This document shows positions 8,639 through 17,578 of a DNA stretch of 32,000 bases, in pieces. The translations under genes were made by a program, and so were the position numbers. Below the pieces are notes generated by a model that worked only from the letters and a program-made list of their open reading frames with translations, did not search any database and was not told where the DNA came from. Every line of letters starts with the position of its first letter. The first letter of the stretch is position 1. The stretch comes from Mycolicibacterium smegmatis (GTDB taxonomy: Bacteria; Actinomycetota; Actinomycetes; Mycobacteriales; Mycobacteriaceae): assembly GCF_001457595.1 (NCBI RefSeq), contig NZ_LN831039.1, positions 570,001 through 602,000 on the forward strand, written 5' to 3'.

Positions 8639-9532
8639 CTACGCCTCGGACGACTTCCGTGCGCTCGCGGCACGGCTGCCCTGTTCGCCGCCCTCATGCC
8701 AGTTCGCCAGCAGGCGCAGTGCCGTTTCGTCGGGGGAGCCGGGTTCGGTGGTGTAGATGAACAACGTCTGATCCGGATCACCGGACGGGTTGAGAGCCTG
8801 GTAGGTGACGGCGAGGTCGCCGACGAGGGGGTGGTGGTACGCCTTGGTGCCGACGGTGCGTTGTTTCACGGTGTGGTCGGACCACCACGACCGGAACTCT
8901 TCGGACCTGATCGAGAGTTCGCCGACCAGGGCTGACAACTTGTCGTCGTCGGGGTAGCGCCCGGCGTCCAGGCGCAGCATCGCCACGGTGTCGGCCGCCA
9001 CCTCGTCCCAGTCGGTGTAGAGCTCACGTGCGTGCGGGTCGAAGAACACGAACCGGGCCTGATTGCGTTGGGGCGCGGGCAATTCACGGAATTCGGTGAT
9101 CAACGCGCCCGCCAACCGGTTGTGTGCCAGCACGTCGAGGCGTCGGCCCAATACGAACGCCGGGGAGTGTGACTGGTCGAGCAGTTCGAGCAGACGCAAC
9201 GTCACCGGATCGACCATCTGCGGCTTGCTGCGGCGTTTGCGTTGTGCGGGCTGCGGTTTGGCGAGGGTATGCAAGTGGGCCCGTTCGGCATCGTCGAGCT
9301 GTAAAGCCGCGGCCAGTGCGTCGAGCACGTCGGCTGAGGCGCTGCGGCTACGCCCCTGCTCGAGTCGTGTGTAGTAGTCGACGCTCACGCCGGCGAGCAG
9401 GGCGAGCTCCTCGCGGCGCAGGCCCGGCACACGGCGACGTGTGCCGGGCTGTTCGAGACCGACCTCCTCCGGGGTCAGGCGGGCGCGTCGAGCGCTCAGG
9501 AACTCGGCGAGCTCAGTCTTCCGATCGCTCAT
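8639..9532 (-). CDS. MmyB-like XRE-family transcriptional regulator
   Basis: N-terminal HTH LRREELALLAGVSVDYYTRLEQGRS followed by a ~200-aa ligand-binding-type domain, characteristic of MmyB-like regulators. I chose ATG 9532 (MSDRKTELAEFL). The track ORF extends to 9601. Confidence 0.85.
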   Translation of the reverse strand: MSDRKTELAEFLSARRARLTPEEVGLEQPGTRRRVPGLRREELALLAGVSVDYYTRLEQGRSRSASADVLDALAAALQLDDAERAHLHTLAKPQPAQRKRRSKPQMVDPVTLRLLELLDQSHSPAFVLGRRLDVLAHNRLAGALITEFRELPAPQRNQARFVFFDPHARELYTDWDEVAADTVAMLRLDAGRYPDDDKLSALVGELSIRSEEFRSWWSDHTVKQRTVGTKAYHHPLVGDLAVTYQALNPSGDPDQTLFIYTTEPGSPDETALRLLANWHEGGEQGSRAASARKSSEA

Positions 9533-9561
9533 CTGGCCAGTCTGCCCGGACCGATCCCAAA

Positions 9562-10386
9562 TCATGCAAGGTGCGCGGTCGCCAGGGACTTCTTCTCCCA
9601 CGCGGTTACGTCATCGGCCATCTGGGCGGCCTTGACCCGCCACCGCTCCACGGCGTCGCGGCCCAGCAGGAGGTGTCGCGGAAGTTTGTCCTCATTGGCG
9701 ACCTCGTAGATCAGGGCCGCGCCCTTGACCGGATCACCCAGCTGCGTGTGGTTGGCGTCGTCGACCCAGTCGAGTGTGTCGTGGGCGGGTGTTCCGTCGT
9801 AGGCGTCGATGCGGTTGGCCGGCATCGACAAAGACGACCCGTCGAGGAAGTCGGTGCGGAATACGCCGGGTTCGACGACCATGCTCTGGATGCCGAACGG
9901 CGCCAGTTCCGCGGACAGGGCCTCACTTATCCCCGCCACGGCGAACTTCGACGCGCTGTAGAGGCCCACACCGGGTTCACCTTCGAAACCCGAGCGCGAA
10001 CCGATGTGCACGAGCTTGCCCCCACCGGACGCCCGCATGTGGGGCAGCACCGCGCGCGTCACATTGATCAAGCCGAACACGTTGAGATCGAACAACGACC
10101 GCGCCTCGGCGTCGGTGACCTCTTCGAGCGCACCGAGCAGTCCACGCCCGGCGTTGTTGACCAGCACATCGATGCGGCCGAAGCGTTCGACGACGGCGGC
10201 GGCGGCCGAGATGTCGGCGTCATGTGTGACATCCAGGCGCACCGCGAATGCGCGCTCGGCGATGTCGGGGGGCAGCAGGTCCGGGTTGCGGACACCGACG
10301 GCGACGTCGGCGCCGTGGTCGAGCGCCGTGCGCGCGATCTGCGCGCCGAGTCCGCGGGATGCACCGGTGATGAACCAGACGGTCAT
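9562..10386 (-). CDS. Short-chain dehydrogenase/reductase (classical SDR)
   Basis: TGASRGLG cofactor motif, NNAG, and S...YSASK catalytic tetrad elements. AGGAG RBS lies before ATG 10386. Confidence 0.9.
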   Translation of the reverse strand: MTVWFITGASRGLGAQIARTALDHGADVAVGVRNPDLLPPDIAERAFAVRLDVTHDADISAAAAVVERFGRIDVLVNNAGRGLLGALEEVTDAEARSLFDLNVFGLINVTRAVLPHMRASGGGKLVHIGSRSGFEGEPGVGLYSASKFAVAGISEALSAELAPFGIQSMVVEPGVFRTDFLDGSSLSMPANRIDAYDGTPAHDTLDWVDDANHTQLGDPVKGAALIYEVANEDKLPRHLLLGRDAVERWRVKAAQMADDVTAWEKKSLATAHLA

Positions 10387-10480
10387 GGGTTTCTCCTTTC
10401 GCAAAGGCGGAGGTTCCGCTTGTCTTCAGTCAACGCGGCGCGGCAGCGGGAAACGGTGGCCATCCGCGCCCAACGTATCC

Positions 10481-10497
10481 GGGGACAACGTGTCCCC
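10481..10497. promoter_or_regulatory. Palindrome GGGGACA-ACG-TGTCCCC followed by TTTTC-G-GAAAA in the divergent promoter region
   Basis: Perfect 7-bp arms. It lies about 95-110 bp upstream of the SDR-mmyB-like operon start. Function unknown. Confidence 0.25.
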
Positions 10498-10541
10498 CCT
10501 TTTCGGAAAAACAGAGGAATCGGCCCGTCGGCCACGCGGAA

Positions 10542-10559
10542 GCTGTACGCTCGTACAGC
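10542..10559. promoter_or_regulatory. 18-bp palindrome GCTGTACG-CT-CGTACAGC in the SDR / GMC divergent promoter region
   Basis: Perfect 8-bp arms. It lies about 40 bp upstream of the GMC oxidoreductase start. No gene ends next to it on either strand, so it is not a terminator. It shares its core with the site at 12231-12258. Confidence 0.45.
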
Positions 10560-10598
10560 ACTGCTTCAGTTGGAACCGATCAGCAGAGGGATCGCCGC

Positions 10599-12197
10599 GT
10601 GACCAGCTACGACTACATCATCGCCGGGGCCGGATCGGCCGGATGCGTGCTCGCCAACCGGCTCTCGGAGGACCCGAGGATCAAGGTGCTGCTGCTCGAG
10701 GCCGGCGGTTCGGACCGCAATCCACTGTTCAGCATCCCCAAGGGCTCCGGAAAGCTGTTCGACAGCGAGAAGCACATCTGGCATTACTCCACGGAGCCGT
10801 TCGGGCCCAACCCTCATGCCGAGCAGTGGATGCGCGGCAAGGTGCTCGGCGGGTCGAGTTCGATCAACGGCATGATCTACAACCGGGGTACGCGTGCCGA
10901 TTACGACGGCCTCGAACGCCTCGGCAACAAAGGGTGGGGATGGGACGACATCCTGCCGATCTTCAAACGGTTCGAGGACAACGAGTTCGGGCCGTCGGCC
11001 ACACGCGGCATCGGTGGGCCGCTGCACATCTCGATTCCACGTGATCCCGACCCGTTGTGCGAGGAGATGCTGGCGGCCGCCGAGGCGTCAGGGCTGACCC
11101 GCGTACAAGACATCAACGAGCATGACACCGAACGCATCGGCTACGCGACATCGACGATCAGGAACGGACGCCGTGTCAGCGCGGCCACGGCCTTCCTCAA
11201 GCCCGCCCTCGGCAGGCCAAACCTGACGGTGCGCACCAGCGCCACCGTCGGTCGCATCCTGTTCGAGGGCACCAGGGCAGTCGGTGTCGACGTCACCGGT
11301 ACGAGCGGAACTACGCAGGTACGCGCGTCGCGAGAGGTGATCGTCTCCCTCGGAAGTCTCAACAGTCCGGTGCTGCTGCAACTTTCGGGGATCGGTCCTC
11401 GTGAGGTGCTCCGATCTGCGGGCGTCCAGGTATTCATCGAACATGACAGGGTGGGACGCGGGCTGCGCGAACACCGCTGCGCCACACTACGGTTCGACCT
11501 CATCGAAGATCTCGGCTACAACAAGCAGCTGGCCTCCAGCGTCGCGCAGGCACTCACCGGCCTGCGTTACCTGGCCACCCGCAGGGGACCGCTCGGCGCG
11601 CCGTCCTTCGACATCGTGGGATTCGTCAAGACCCGGGCCGACGTCGATCGGCCCGACGGACAGATCATGATGGGGCCGTATACCTTGCCGCCGTACAACG
11701 TCGGTGAACCCGTCACCATCCAACGGCAGGCCGGGCTGTCGTGCTTGGGGATGGTGCTGCGCCCCACGTCGGAAGGTGCACTGGAGATCACCTCGTCGGG
11801 GCCACGCCCGTCGGTGCGGATCGAGCCCAACTACCTGGGCTCCGAGCACGACCGCACGGCCACGGCGGACCTGTTGCGCCGGATGCGTGCGGTCTTCGCA
11901 GAGTCGCCGATCGCCGAGCGGATCAGCCACGAAACGTTCCCGGGACCCGGGGTGGCCACCGACGACGAACTCGTCGATTCCGCGCTCGACGGCGGATACT
12001 GCGGCTACCACGCCGTCGGCACGTGCGCGATGGGACCCGGTGACGACGCCGTGGTCGACGACCGGCTCCGGGTCCGCGGCGTCGACGGACTGCGTGTCGT
12101 CGACTGCTCGGTGCTGCCGACCATGGTCGCGGGCAACCTCAACGGGCCGATCATGGCGGTGGCCTGGCGGGCAGCGGATTTCATCCTGGACAGGTGA
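10599..12197 (+). CDS. GMC-family FAD oxidoreductase (choline/alcohol dehydrogenase-like)
   Basis: DYIIAGAGSAGCVLANRLSE FAD fold, GGSSSINGMIYNRG, and C-terminal HAVGTCAMG ... NLNGPIMAVA motifs. GTG start with AGAGGGA upstream. Confidence 0.92.
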   Translation: MTSYDYIIAGAGSAGCVLANRLSEDPRIKVLLLEAGGSDRNPLFSIPKGSGKLFDSEKHIWHYSTEPFGPNPHAEQWMRGKVLGGSSSINGMIYNRGTRADYDGLERLGNKGWGWDDILPIFKRFEDNEFGPSATRGIGGPLHISIPRDPDPLCEEMLAAAEASGLTRVQDINEHDTERIGYATSTIRNGRRVSAATAFLKPALGRPNLTVRTSATVGRILFEGTRAVGVDVTGTSGTTQVRASREVIVSLGSLNSPVLLQLSGIGPREVLRSAGVQVFIEHDRVGRGLREHRCATLRFDLIEDLGYNKQLASSVAQALTGLRYLATRRGPLGAPSFDIVGFVKTRADVDRPDGQIMMGPYTLPPYNVGEPVTIQRQAGLSCLGMVLRPTSEGALEITSSGPRPSVRIEPNYLGSEHDRTATADLLRRMRAVFAESPIAERISHETFPGPGVATDDELVDSALDGGYCGYHAVGTCAMGPGDDAVVDDRLRVRGVDGLRVVDCSVLPTMVAGNLNGPIMAVAWRAADFILDR

Positions 12198-12230
12198 CGG
12201 AGTGGTCCGCCCCCTTGTGTCACACCCTGC

Positions 12231-12258
12231 GCACTGCTATACATCTGTACAGCAGTGC
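12231..12258. promoter_or_regulatory. 28-bp palindrome GCACTGCTATACA-TC-TGTACAGCAGTGC upstream of the FabG-like SDR gene
   Basis: The 13-bp arms match at 12 of 13 positions. The core GCTATACA-TC-TGTACAGC matches the 10542 site (consensus GCTrTACr-N2-yGTACAGC). It lies about 22 bp upstream of GTG 12280. Confidence 0.45.
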
Positions 12259-12279
12259 GGTCGACGCTGAGGGAGCGCA

Positions 12280-13023
12280 GTGAGCCGAGTAGCAGCAGTG
12301 ACCGGTGCAGGGTCCGGCGTCGGCCGGGCGACAGCCCTGCAACTCGCCCGCGACGGACATCGCGTCGCCGTGATGGACCTCGACGGACAAGCCGCGGAAG
12401 AGGCCGCCGCCAAGATCGAGTCGCACGGGGGCAGGGCGCTCGCGGTCGCGGTCGACGTCGCCGACGAATCCGCGGTCGCCGCGGGTTTCGAGGCCGCGCG
12501 TCAGGCGTTCGGCCCGATCGGGATTGTCGTCACCAGTGCTGCAATGGGCGGCTTCACGCGGTTCGACAAGATCACCCTCGACGAGTGGAACCGTTATCTG
12601 GCGGTCAACCTCACCGGCACGTTCCTCTGCATCCGGGCAGCACTGCCGGACATGGTGAAAGCGCAATGGGGGCGCATCGTCACCATCTCCTCGGCGGCCG
12701 GGCAGCGCGGCGCTCCCGCGCAGGGACACTACTCGGCAACCAAGGGTGGCGTGATCGCCATGACGAAGACGCTCGCACTCGACTATGCGGCAAAAGGCAT
12801 CACGGCCAACACCATCCCGCCGTTCGTCATCGACACACCGATGTTGCGCGAACAACAGGCGGCCGGCCTGCTGCCGCAGGCGGAACACCTGACCAAGGCG
12901 ATCCCGGCGGGCCGCCTCGGCAGCGGCGACGACGTGGCCGCGATGTGTTCATTCCTGTGCTCGGACGCCGCCGGGTACGTGACCGGGCAGGTGATCGGCG
13001 TCAACGGCGGCGCGGTCCTCTGA
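12280..13023 (+). CDS. SDR-family oxidoreductase (FabG-like 3-oxoacyl reductase type)
   Basis: TGAGSGVGRA, SSAAG ... YSATKGG, and PFVIDTPM motifs. RBS GAGGGAG at 12269-12275 precedes GTG 12280. Confidence 0.9.
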   Translation: MSRVAAVTGAGSGVGRATALQLARDGHRVAVMDLDGQAAEEAAAKIESHGGRALAVAVDVADESAVAAGFEAARQAFGPIGIVVTSAAMGGFTRFDKITLDEWNRYLAVNLTGTFLCIRAALPDMVKAQWGRIVTISSAAGQRGAPAQGHYSATKGGVIAMTKTLALDYAAKGITANTIPPFVIDTPMLREQQAAGLLPQAEHLTKAIPAGRLGSGDDVAAMCSFLCSDAAGYVTGQVIGVNGGAVL

Positions 13024-13046
13024 ACAAAGCGACAGGCGGAACACAG

Positions 13047-13973
13047 ATGCGGATCGGACTGTCCGGCGGTGCGGCGAACGTCGACGACATCGTGCGGCAG
13101 GCGCAGCGGGCCGAGGAGGACGGCTTCTCGTCGCTGTGGTACGCCAGTGGCGTCGCGGGTGACCCGCTCACCGCGATGGCCATCGCCGGACGCGCGACCA
13201 CGTCGATCGAACTCGGTACTGCTGTGCTGCAGACATATCCGTGCCATCCCCTCCTGCAGGCCAACCGCGTCGCCGCGGCCGCCAACGCCATGGGCAGGCC
13301 CGGTCTCACCCTTGGACTCGGCCCGTCACACGAGCCGGTGGTCCGCGGAGTGCTCGGGTTGAGCTACGACAGGCCGGGCACCAACGCCGAGGAGTACCTG
13401 CGCATCGTGTCGGCGCTGTTGCGCGGGGAAACCGTGGATCACGACGGTCGCGAGTGGACTGCGCACAGCGACGGGCGGATGGTTGCCGTGGATCACCGTG
13501 TCCCGATTCTGCTTTCGGCACTGTCACCACGAATGCTGCGTATCGCCGGCACCTTTGCCGACGGTGTCGTGCTGTGGATGGCCTCGGCAGAGGCGATCCG
13601 TTCGCACATCGTCCCGAAGCTGACGGTCGCCGCGACAGCAGCCGGACGGCCCGCGCCGCGCGTGGTGGCCGGGCTTCCGGTCGTGGTGCACGATGACCCC
13701 GTGGCGGCACGGGCCGCGGTGGACGCCGCATCGACGTCGTATGCCTCGATGACCAACTACCGGCGCATCATCGAGGCGGGCGGAGGATCCGCGGCAGGCG
13801 ATGTCGCGGTGTCCGGCGACGAGACCGCCGTGCAGACCAAGTTGCGTGAACTGCTGGACGCCGGTGCCACCGACATCTGGGCGCAGCCTGTCGCCGTCGG
13901 AACTGATCGAGCGGAACGCGTTGCGTCTCTGCGACGTACGAGGGCATTGCTGCGGGAGCTGGCCCGCGCGTGA
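13047..13973 (+). CDS. Luciferase-like (LLM) oxidoreductase, probably F420-dependent class
   Basis: MRIGLSGG...EDGFSSLWYASG ... LGLGPSHEPVV pattern of the small mycobacterial LLM/F420 family. The cofactor assignment is an inference. The track ORF from 12255 is a spurious upstream extension in this frame. Confidence 0.85.
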   Translation: MRIGLSGGAANVDDIVRQAQRAEEDGFSSLWYASGVAGDPLTAMAIAGRATTSIELGTAVLQTYPCHPLLQANRVAAAANAMGRPGLTLGLGPSHEPVVRGVLGLSYDRPGTNAEEYLRIVSALLRGETVDHDGREWTAHSDGRMVAVDHRVPILLSALSPRMLRIAGTFADGVVLWMASAEAIRSHIVPKLTVAATAAGRPAPRVVAGLPVVVHDDPVAARAAVDAASTSYASMTNYRRIIEAGGGSAAGDVAVSGDETAVQTKLRELLDAGATDIWAQPVAVGTDRAERVASLRRTRALLRELARA

Positions 13974-14017
13974 TCGTCAGGACCGGGGGGGCTCACGAGA
14001 CCTTGCAGCCAGGCGCG

Positions 14018-17000
14018 TTAGTAGCGCTGCGGCGCAACCGAGTTGATCGCCTCCTGCAGGAAATCGGCCGGCACCTCGGGCCACTCGGACGACCACCGGC
14101 CTGCCTCCTGGTCGGCGCATAGCTCGATGAGCGTGGCAACCACCTGGGGTCCGCCGTCGACCAGATAGCGCAACATCTGCAACTGTGCGCACTGCGCGGC
14201 AACCGTGGCCACCATGGCCTTTGCCTCCGCGGTGCGGCCGTCGGCGGCCAGGCACGCACCCAGCAGGCGGCGGGCGCGCAGCAGCGCCTGTGGACGGTTG
14301 AGTGCCGAGAGCCGGTCCACCCACTCGCCGGCCCAGCGGCATGCGAGATCGCGTGCGGCCGGGTCGTCCTGGGCCATGAGCCGCCGGATGGCCGACGCCT
14401 CCTCGAACTGCAGCGCGATGGCATCCATGGCGTCGACGGGCTCCCGGCGCGCGTCGTAGGACACCACGGGCATCGGCCCGAACTCCGGGTGGGGTGGAAG
14501 GCCCAGCCGGATCCGTTCATGTTCGGCGAGTGTCTGCAGGCGGTTCAACGACAGGCTGCGGGCCACCCGCGTGGCCTCGTCGAGTCGCTGGGCGGCACCC
14601 AGACGATCCCCCTGCAGGGCCTTGATCCGCGCACTGATCACGTACCTGGCGATCTTGAAGTCGACGGACCCGCCTTCGGGGCCGAGCTTGTAGCCTTCGT
14701 CGAGCAGCCGCTCGGCTTCGGCCAGATTGCCCTTCTCGTAGAGGATTTCGCCGAGCAGCGAACTTGCGAGGCGGCCGGCGTACGAGTGGGTGCCGCCGGA
14801 CCTCTTCGCGATCCGCAGCGCCCGCCGCAGCGTCTGCTCGGCCACGGTGTTGTTGAGCATCAGGTGGTGCGCGATGCCGCTGAAGCACAGGCCGTTGACG
14901 ATGCTGAACGAGTCGCCGCTGCGCTCGTAGTACGGGGCCGCCCATGTCTGGATCCGCTCGACCTCGTCGAGGTCGTAGCGGTATGCCGCGGCGAAGGTCG
15001 CCACGGTCGCCGCGGTGGCAACCGTGAACGGGGGCATGCGGTCGCGGCGCTGCAGGCACGCGGCGATGTGCTCATCGATTCCGCGCAGCCGGTCCGCCCG
15101 CAGATCCGCGATGGCACGCACGACGTCGACTTCGGCGCGCATATCGGCCGTCTCGTCGTCGGACAGGCCGGCGTCGCTCATCGTGGCCTCGACGCGGGAG
15201 AGCGCATCCCGGGCGGCCGGGACCCGGTGCAGCACGATGTTGGCCCAGGCCAACGCGAGTTGCAGGCGGGGATTCGACCGCACCTTGTCCTGGGGCAGCT
15301 TGGCGGTGAGCCCGATCAGGGTGGACATCTGCCCACCGGAGACCAGGTAGAGGCCGTCGTTCTCGACCAGGCGCACGGCCTCGGCCTCGTCACCCGCCGC
15401 GAGGGCGTGGTCGACCGCCTCACGCACCAGGCGCTGGTCGGCGTACCACCGGCACGCCCGCCGGTGCAGGTCGCAGACCCGTTCGCGGCTCAGCCGGTGC
15501 CGCAGGAAATCCCGGAACAACTGGTGGTAGCGGAACCATTGGTCGTCGATGCGGCGCAGGAAAAGATCACGCTCCTCGATCTTTTCGAGGATCGACTGCC
15601 CGTCGGGCACGTCGGTCAGCGCCGACGCCAGTCCGCCGCAGATGCGCTCGGGAATCGAGGTCGCCAACAGGAAATCGAGCGTCGAGGGCTCCAGGGTCTC
15701 CAGCACGTTCTCGGCGAGGAACTCGCTGATCACGTGGTGGCGGCCTGTCATCGTCTCGATGAGTTGCACGGGATCGTCACGGTCGCGCAGCGTCAGCGAC
15801 GCCAGTTGCAGTGCGGCGACCCACCCGTCGGTCTTCTCGGTGAGTTCTTCGACATCGGTCTGGTCGAGGTCCAACCCGGCGAGGTCGACCAGAAAACTTC
15901 CCGACTCTGAGACGTCGAAACGCAGTGCGGTGGCGTCGATCTCGACGATCTCACCCTGCATGCGCATGCGGCTCATCGGCAGCCCGCTCTGTGTGCGGCT
16001 GGTGACCACCACGGTCAGACCCGATGCGACGTTGTCGAGCAGGTACCGCAGCGCGGCGATGGTCGCGGGATCGGTGACCCGGTGCCAGTCGTCGATCACC
16101 AGGGTCATCCGCCGGCCGCTGGAGTGGATGTCGTTGATCAGCGAGGTCAGCACATAGCGCTCGGCGTCGTCGCCGTGTTCTTCAAGAACGTCGCCCAGAT
16201 CCGACGCCAGTGCGGGCATGACCGAGCGGATCGCCTCGATCACGTGCGACAGGAACCAGACCACGTTGTTGTCGTCGTCGTCAACGGTCAGCCAGGCGAC
16301 CGCGACGCCGTCGGCCGCCAGCTGTTTGGCCCACTGCACGGCGAGGGTGCTCTTGCCGAATCCGGTCGGACCGTGGATCACCGTGAGCTTCTTGTCGCGT
16401 TGCGCGCGCAGCACGTCGATCAGGCGTGCCCGCTCGACCAGACGCTTCGCCGAGGACGGCATCTGGAAGCGCGTGGCCGGTGCCGGCGGCGTCAGAGTGC
16501 GCACCGGATATCCACTCGACGGGGTAGGGGACGCAATCGAGCTGGGGCGGTCGGTCGGCGGCGCGATGGGGATCGGCATGTCATCGACCGGTAGGCCGTG
16601 GCGCCGCTGCAGTTCCCGCAACTGCTCACCGAAGGCCTGTGCACTCTCCGGACGATCCGAGATCGTGCGGGACATGGCCTGTTCGATCGCGGCGCTGAGG
16701 TCTGCGGGCAGATCGGCGTCGCGCAGGTTCGGGGCGGGATGTCTGGTGATGCGCAGGAACTGCGCGACCATCTGCTCGCCTTTGCCGCGCTCGAACACCG
16801 CGTGGCCGGTACTCGCGGTGAACACCGTCGACGCCAGGCTGTACACATCTGAAGCGACGGTGGGTGATTCGCCGAGAAGCACCTCGGGCGCGGTGTAGGC
16901 GGGCGAGCCCATGATCGCGCCTTCTGCCGTCTCGAAACCGCCGGCGATGCGCGCGATGCCGAAATCGGTGAGTTGAGGCTCGCCGTACTCGGTGAGCAGG

Positions 17001-17464
17001 ATGTTGGCCGGTTTGACGTCGCGGTGCAGGGTGTCGCGCTGGTGCGCGGTCTCCAACGCCCCGGCCATCTTCACGCCGATGCGCAGCGCACCGCGCCATC
17101 CGAGCGGCCCGGCTGCCTGGATCTTGGCGCTGAGCGACCCGTGCGGGTGGTACTGCATCACGATGTACGGCCTGCCGCTCGCGATGGTGCCGACCTGAAA
17201 GATGTTGACGATGTTCGGATGTCCCGACAGCTTGCCCATCGCGACCTGTTCGCGCATGAACCGTTCGAGGTTGTCGGGTTCGAGGTCGGTCGTCAAAACC
17301 TTGACCGCGACCGTGCGATCGAGCGCGCGCTGGACACAGCGGTAGACCACCCCGAAGCCGCCGCGCCCGATTTCGTCGGGGTCCTCGAAACCGGCCGCCA
17401 CGAGTTCCGCCGGGATCCCGGCGGGCAGGTCCCGCTGCGTGGGCAACGGGTCGTTGCGGACCAT
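14018..17464 (-). CDS. pknK: PknK-like Ser/Thr protein kinase fused to a MalT/STAND-type P-loop NTPase and TPR-like C-terminal region
   Basis: Hanks kinase motifs GRGGFGVVYRC, VAVK, HRDVKPANILL, DFGIA, GSPAYTAPE. A Pro-rich linker is followed by Walker A HGPTGFGKST and Walker B LVIDDWH, then a long helical repeat region. No C-terminal LuxR HTH. The N-terminus closely resembles my memory of M. tuberculosis PknK. Confidence 0.92.
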   Translation of the reverse strand: MVRNDPLPTQRDLPAGIPAELVAAGFEDPDEIGRGGFGVVYRCVQRALDRTVAVKVLTTDLEPDNLERFMREQVAMGKLSGHPNIVNIFQVGTIASGRPYIVMQYHPHGSLSAKIQAAGPLGWRGALRIGVKMAGALETAHQRDTLHRDVKPANILLTEYGEPQLTDFGIARIAGGFETAEGAIMGSPAYTAPEVLLGESPTVASDVYSLASTVFTASTGHAVFERGKGEQMVAQFLRITRHPAPNLRDADLPADLSAAIEQAMSRTISDRPESAQAFGEQLRELQRRHGLPVDDMPIPIAPPTDRPSSIASPTPSSGYPVRTLTPPAPATRFQMPSSAKRLVERARLIDVLRAQRDKKLTVIHGPTGFGKSTLAVQWAKQLAADGVAVAWLTVDDDDNNVVWFLSHVIEAIRSVMPALASDLGDVLEEHGDDAERYVLTSLINDIHSSGRRMTLVIDDWHRVTDPATIAALRYLLDNVASGLTVVVTSRTQSGLPMSRMRMQGEIVEIDATALRFDVSESGSFLVDLAGLDLDQTDVEELTEKTDGWVAALQLASLTLRDRDDPVQLIETMTGRHHVISEFLAENVLETLEPSTLDFLLATSIPERICGGLASALTDVPDGQSILEKIEERDLFLRRIDDQWFRYHQLFRDFLRHRLSRERVCDLHRRACRWYADQRLVREAVDHALAAGDEAEAVRLVENDGLYLVSGGQMSTLIGLTAKLPQDKVRSNPRLQLALAWANIVLHRVPAARDALSRVEATMSDAGLSDDETADMRAEVDVVRAIADLRADRLRGIDEHIAACLQRRDRMPPFTVATAATVATFAAAYRYDLDEVERIQTWAAPYYERSGDSFSIVNGLCFSGIAHHLMLNNTVAEQTLRRALRIAKRSGGTHSYAGRLASSLLGEILYEKGNLAEAERLLDEGYKLGPEGGSVDFKIARYVISARIKALQGDRLGAAQRLDEATRVARSLSLNRLQTLAEHERIRLGLPPHPEFGPMPVVSYDARREPVDAMDAIALQFEEASAIRRLMAQDDPAARDLACRWAGEWVDRLSALNRPQALLRARRLLGACLAADGRTAEAKAMVATVAAQCAQLQMLRYLVDGGPQVVATLIELCADQEAGRWSSEWPEVPADFLQEAINSVAPQRY

Positions 17465-17578
17465 CGTTCGCCTCGAAACTTTGCTGGCACCATGGCAGCA
17501 GGTCAGCCACCGACCCGAGCATAACGCCGGCGTTGCCGGCAGGTGGGGTTCTCGGACTACGCGAAGATCAGGCTGGGA

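Noticed and set aside
12255-13046. Long N-terminal extension of the LLM ORF. The track ORF 12255-13973 would overlap the whole FabG-like SDR gene.
   Set aside because: The extension is Arg-rich nonsense in an alternative frame of a well-supported SDR gene. The LLM family N-terminus MRIGLSGG begins at 13047.
14489-15910. 473-aa plus-strand ORF inside the pknK-like gene. The same pattern occurs at 9124-10602, 10004-11044, 19773-20462, 23234-24235, 24477-25483 and 30220-31509.
   Set aside because: All lie antisense to or out of frame with genes that have strong family signatures. Their translations are Arg/Gly/Pro-rich low-complexity sequences, as expected from GC-rich non-coding frames.
14018-17464. 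The STAND NTPase plus repeat architecture as an Avs-like antiphage sensor.
   Set aside because: The N-terminal module is a Hanks kinase closely resembling PknK. There is no nuclease, protease, TIR or other effector, and no neighbouring defence-type genes.
17523-17534. 12-bp perfect palindrome AACGCCGGCGTT upstream of pknK as an operator.
   Set aside because: It is a short, GC-rich palindrome that is expected fairly often by chance in this composition. It is a single copy with no supporting second site. I mention it only under the pknK finding.
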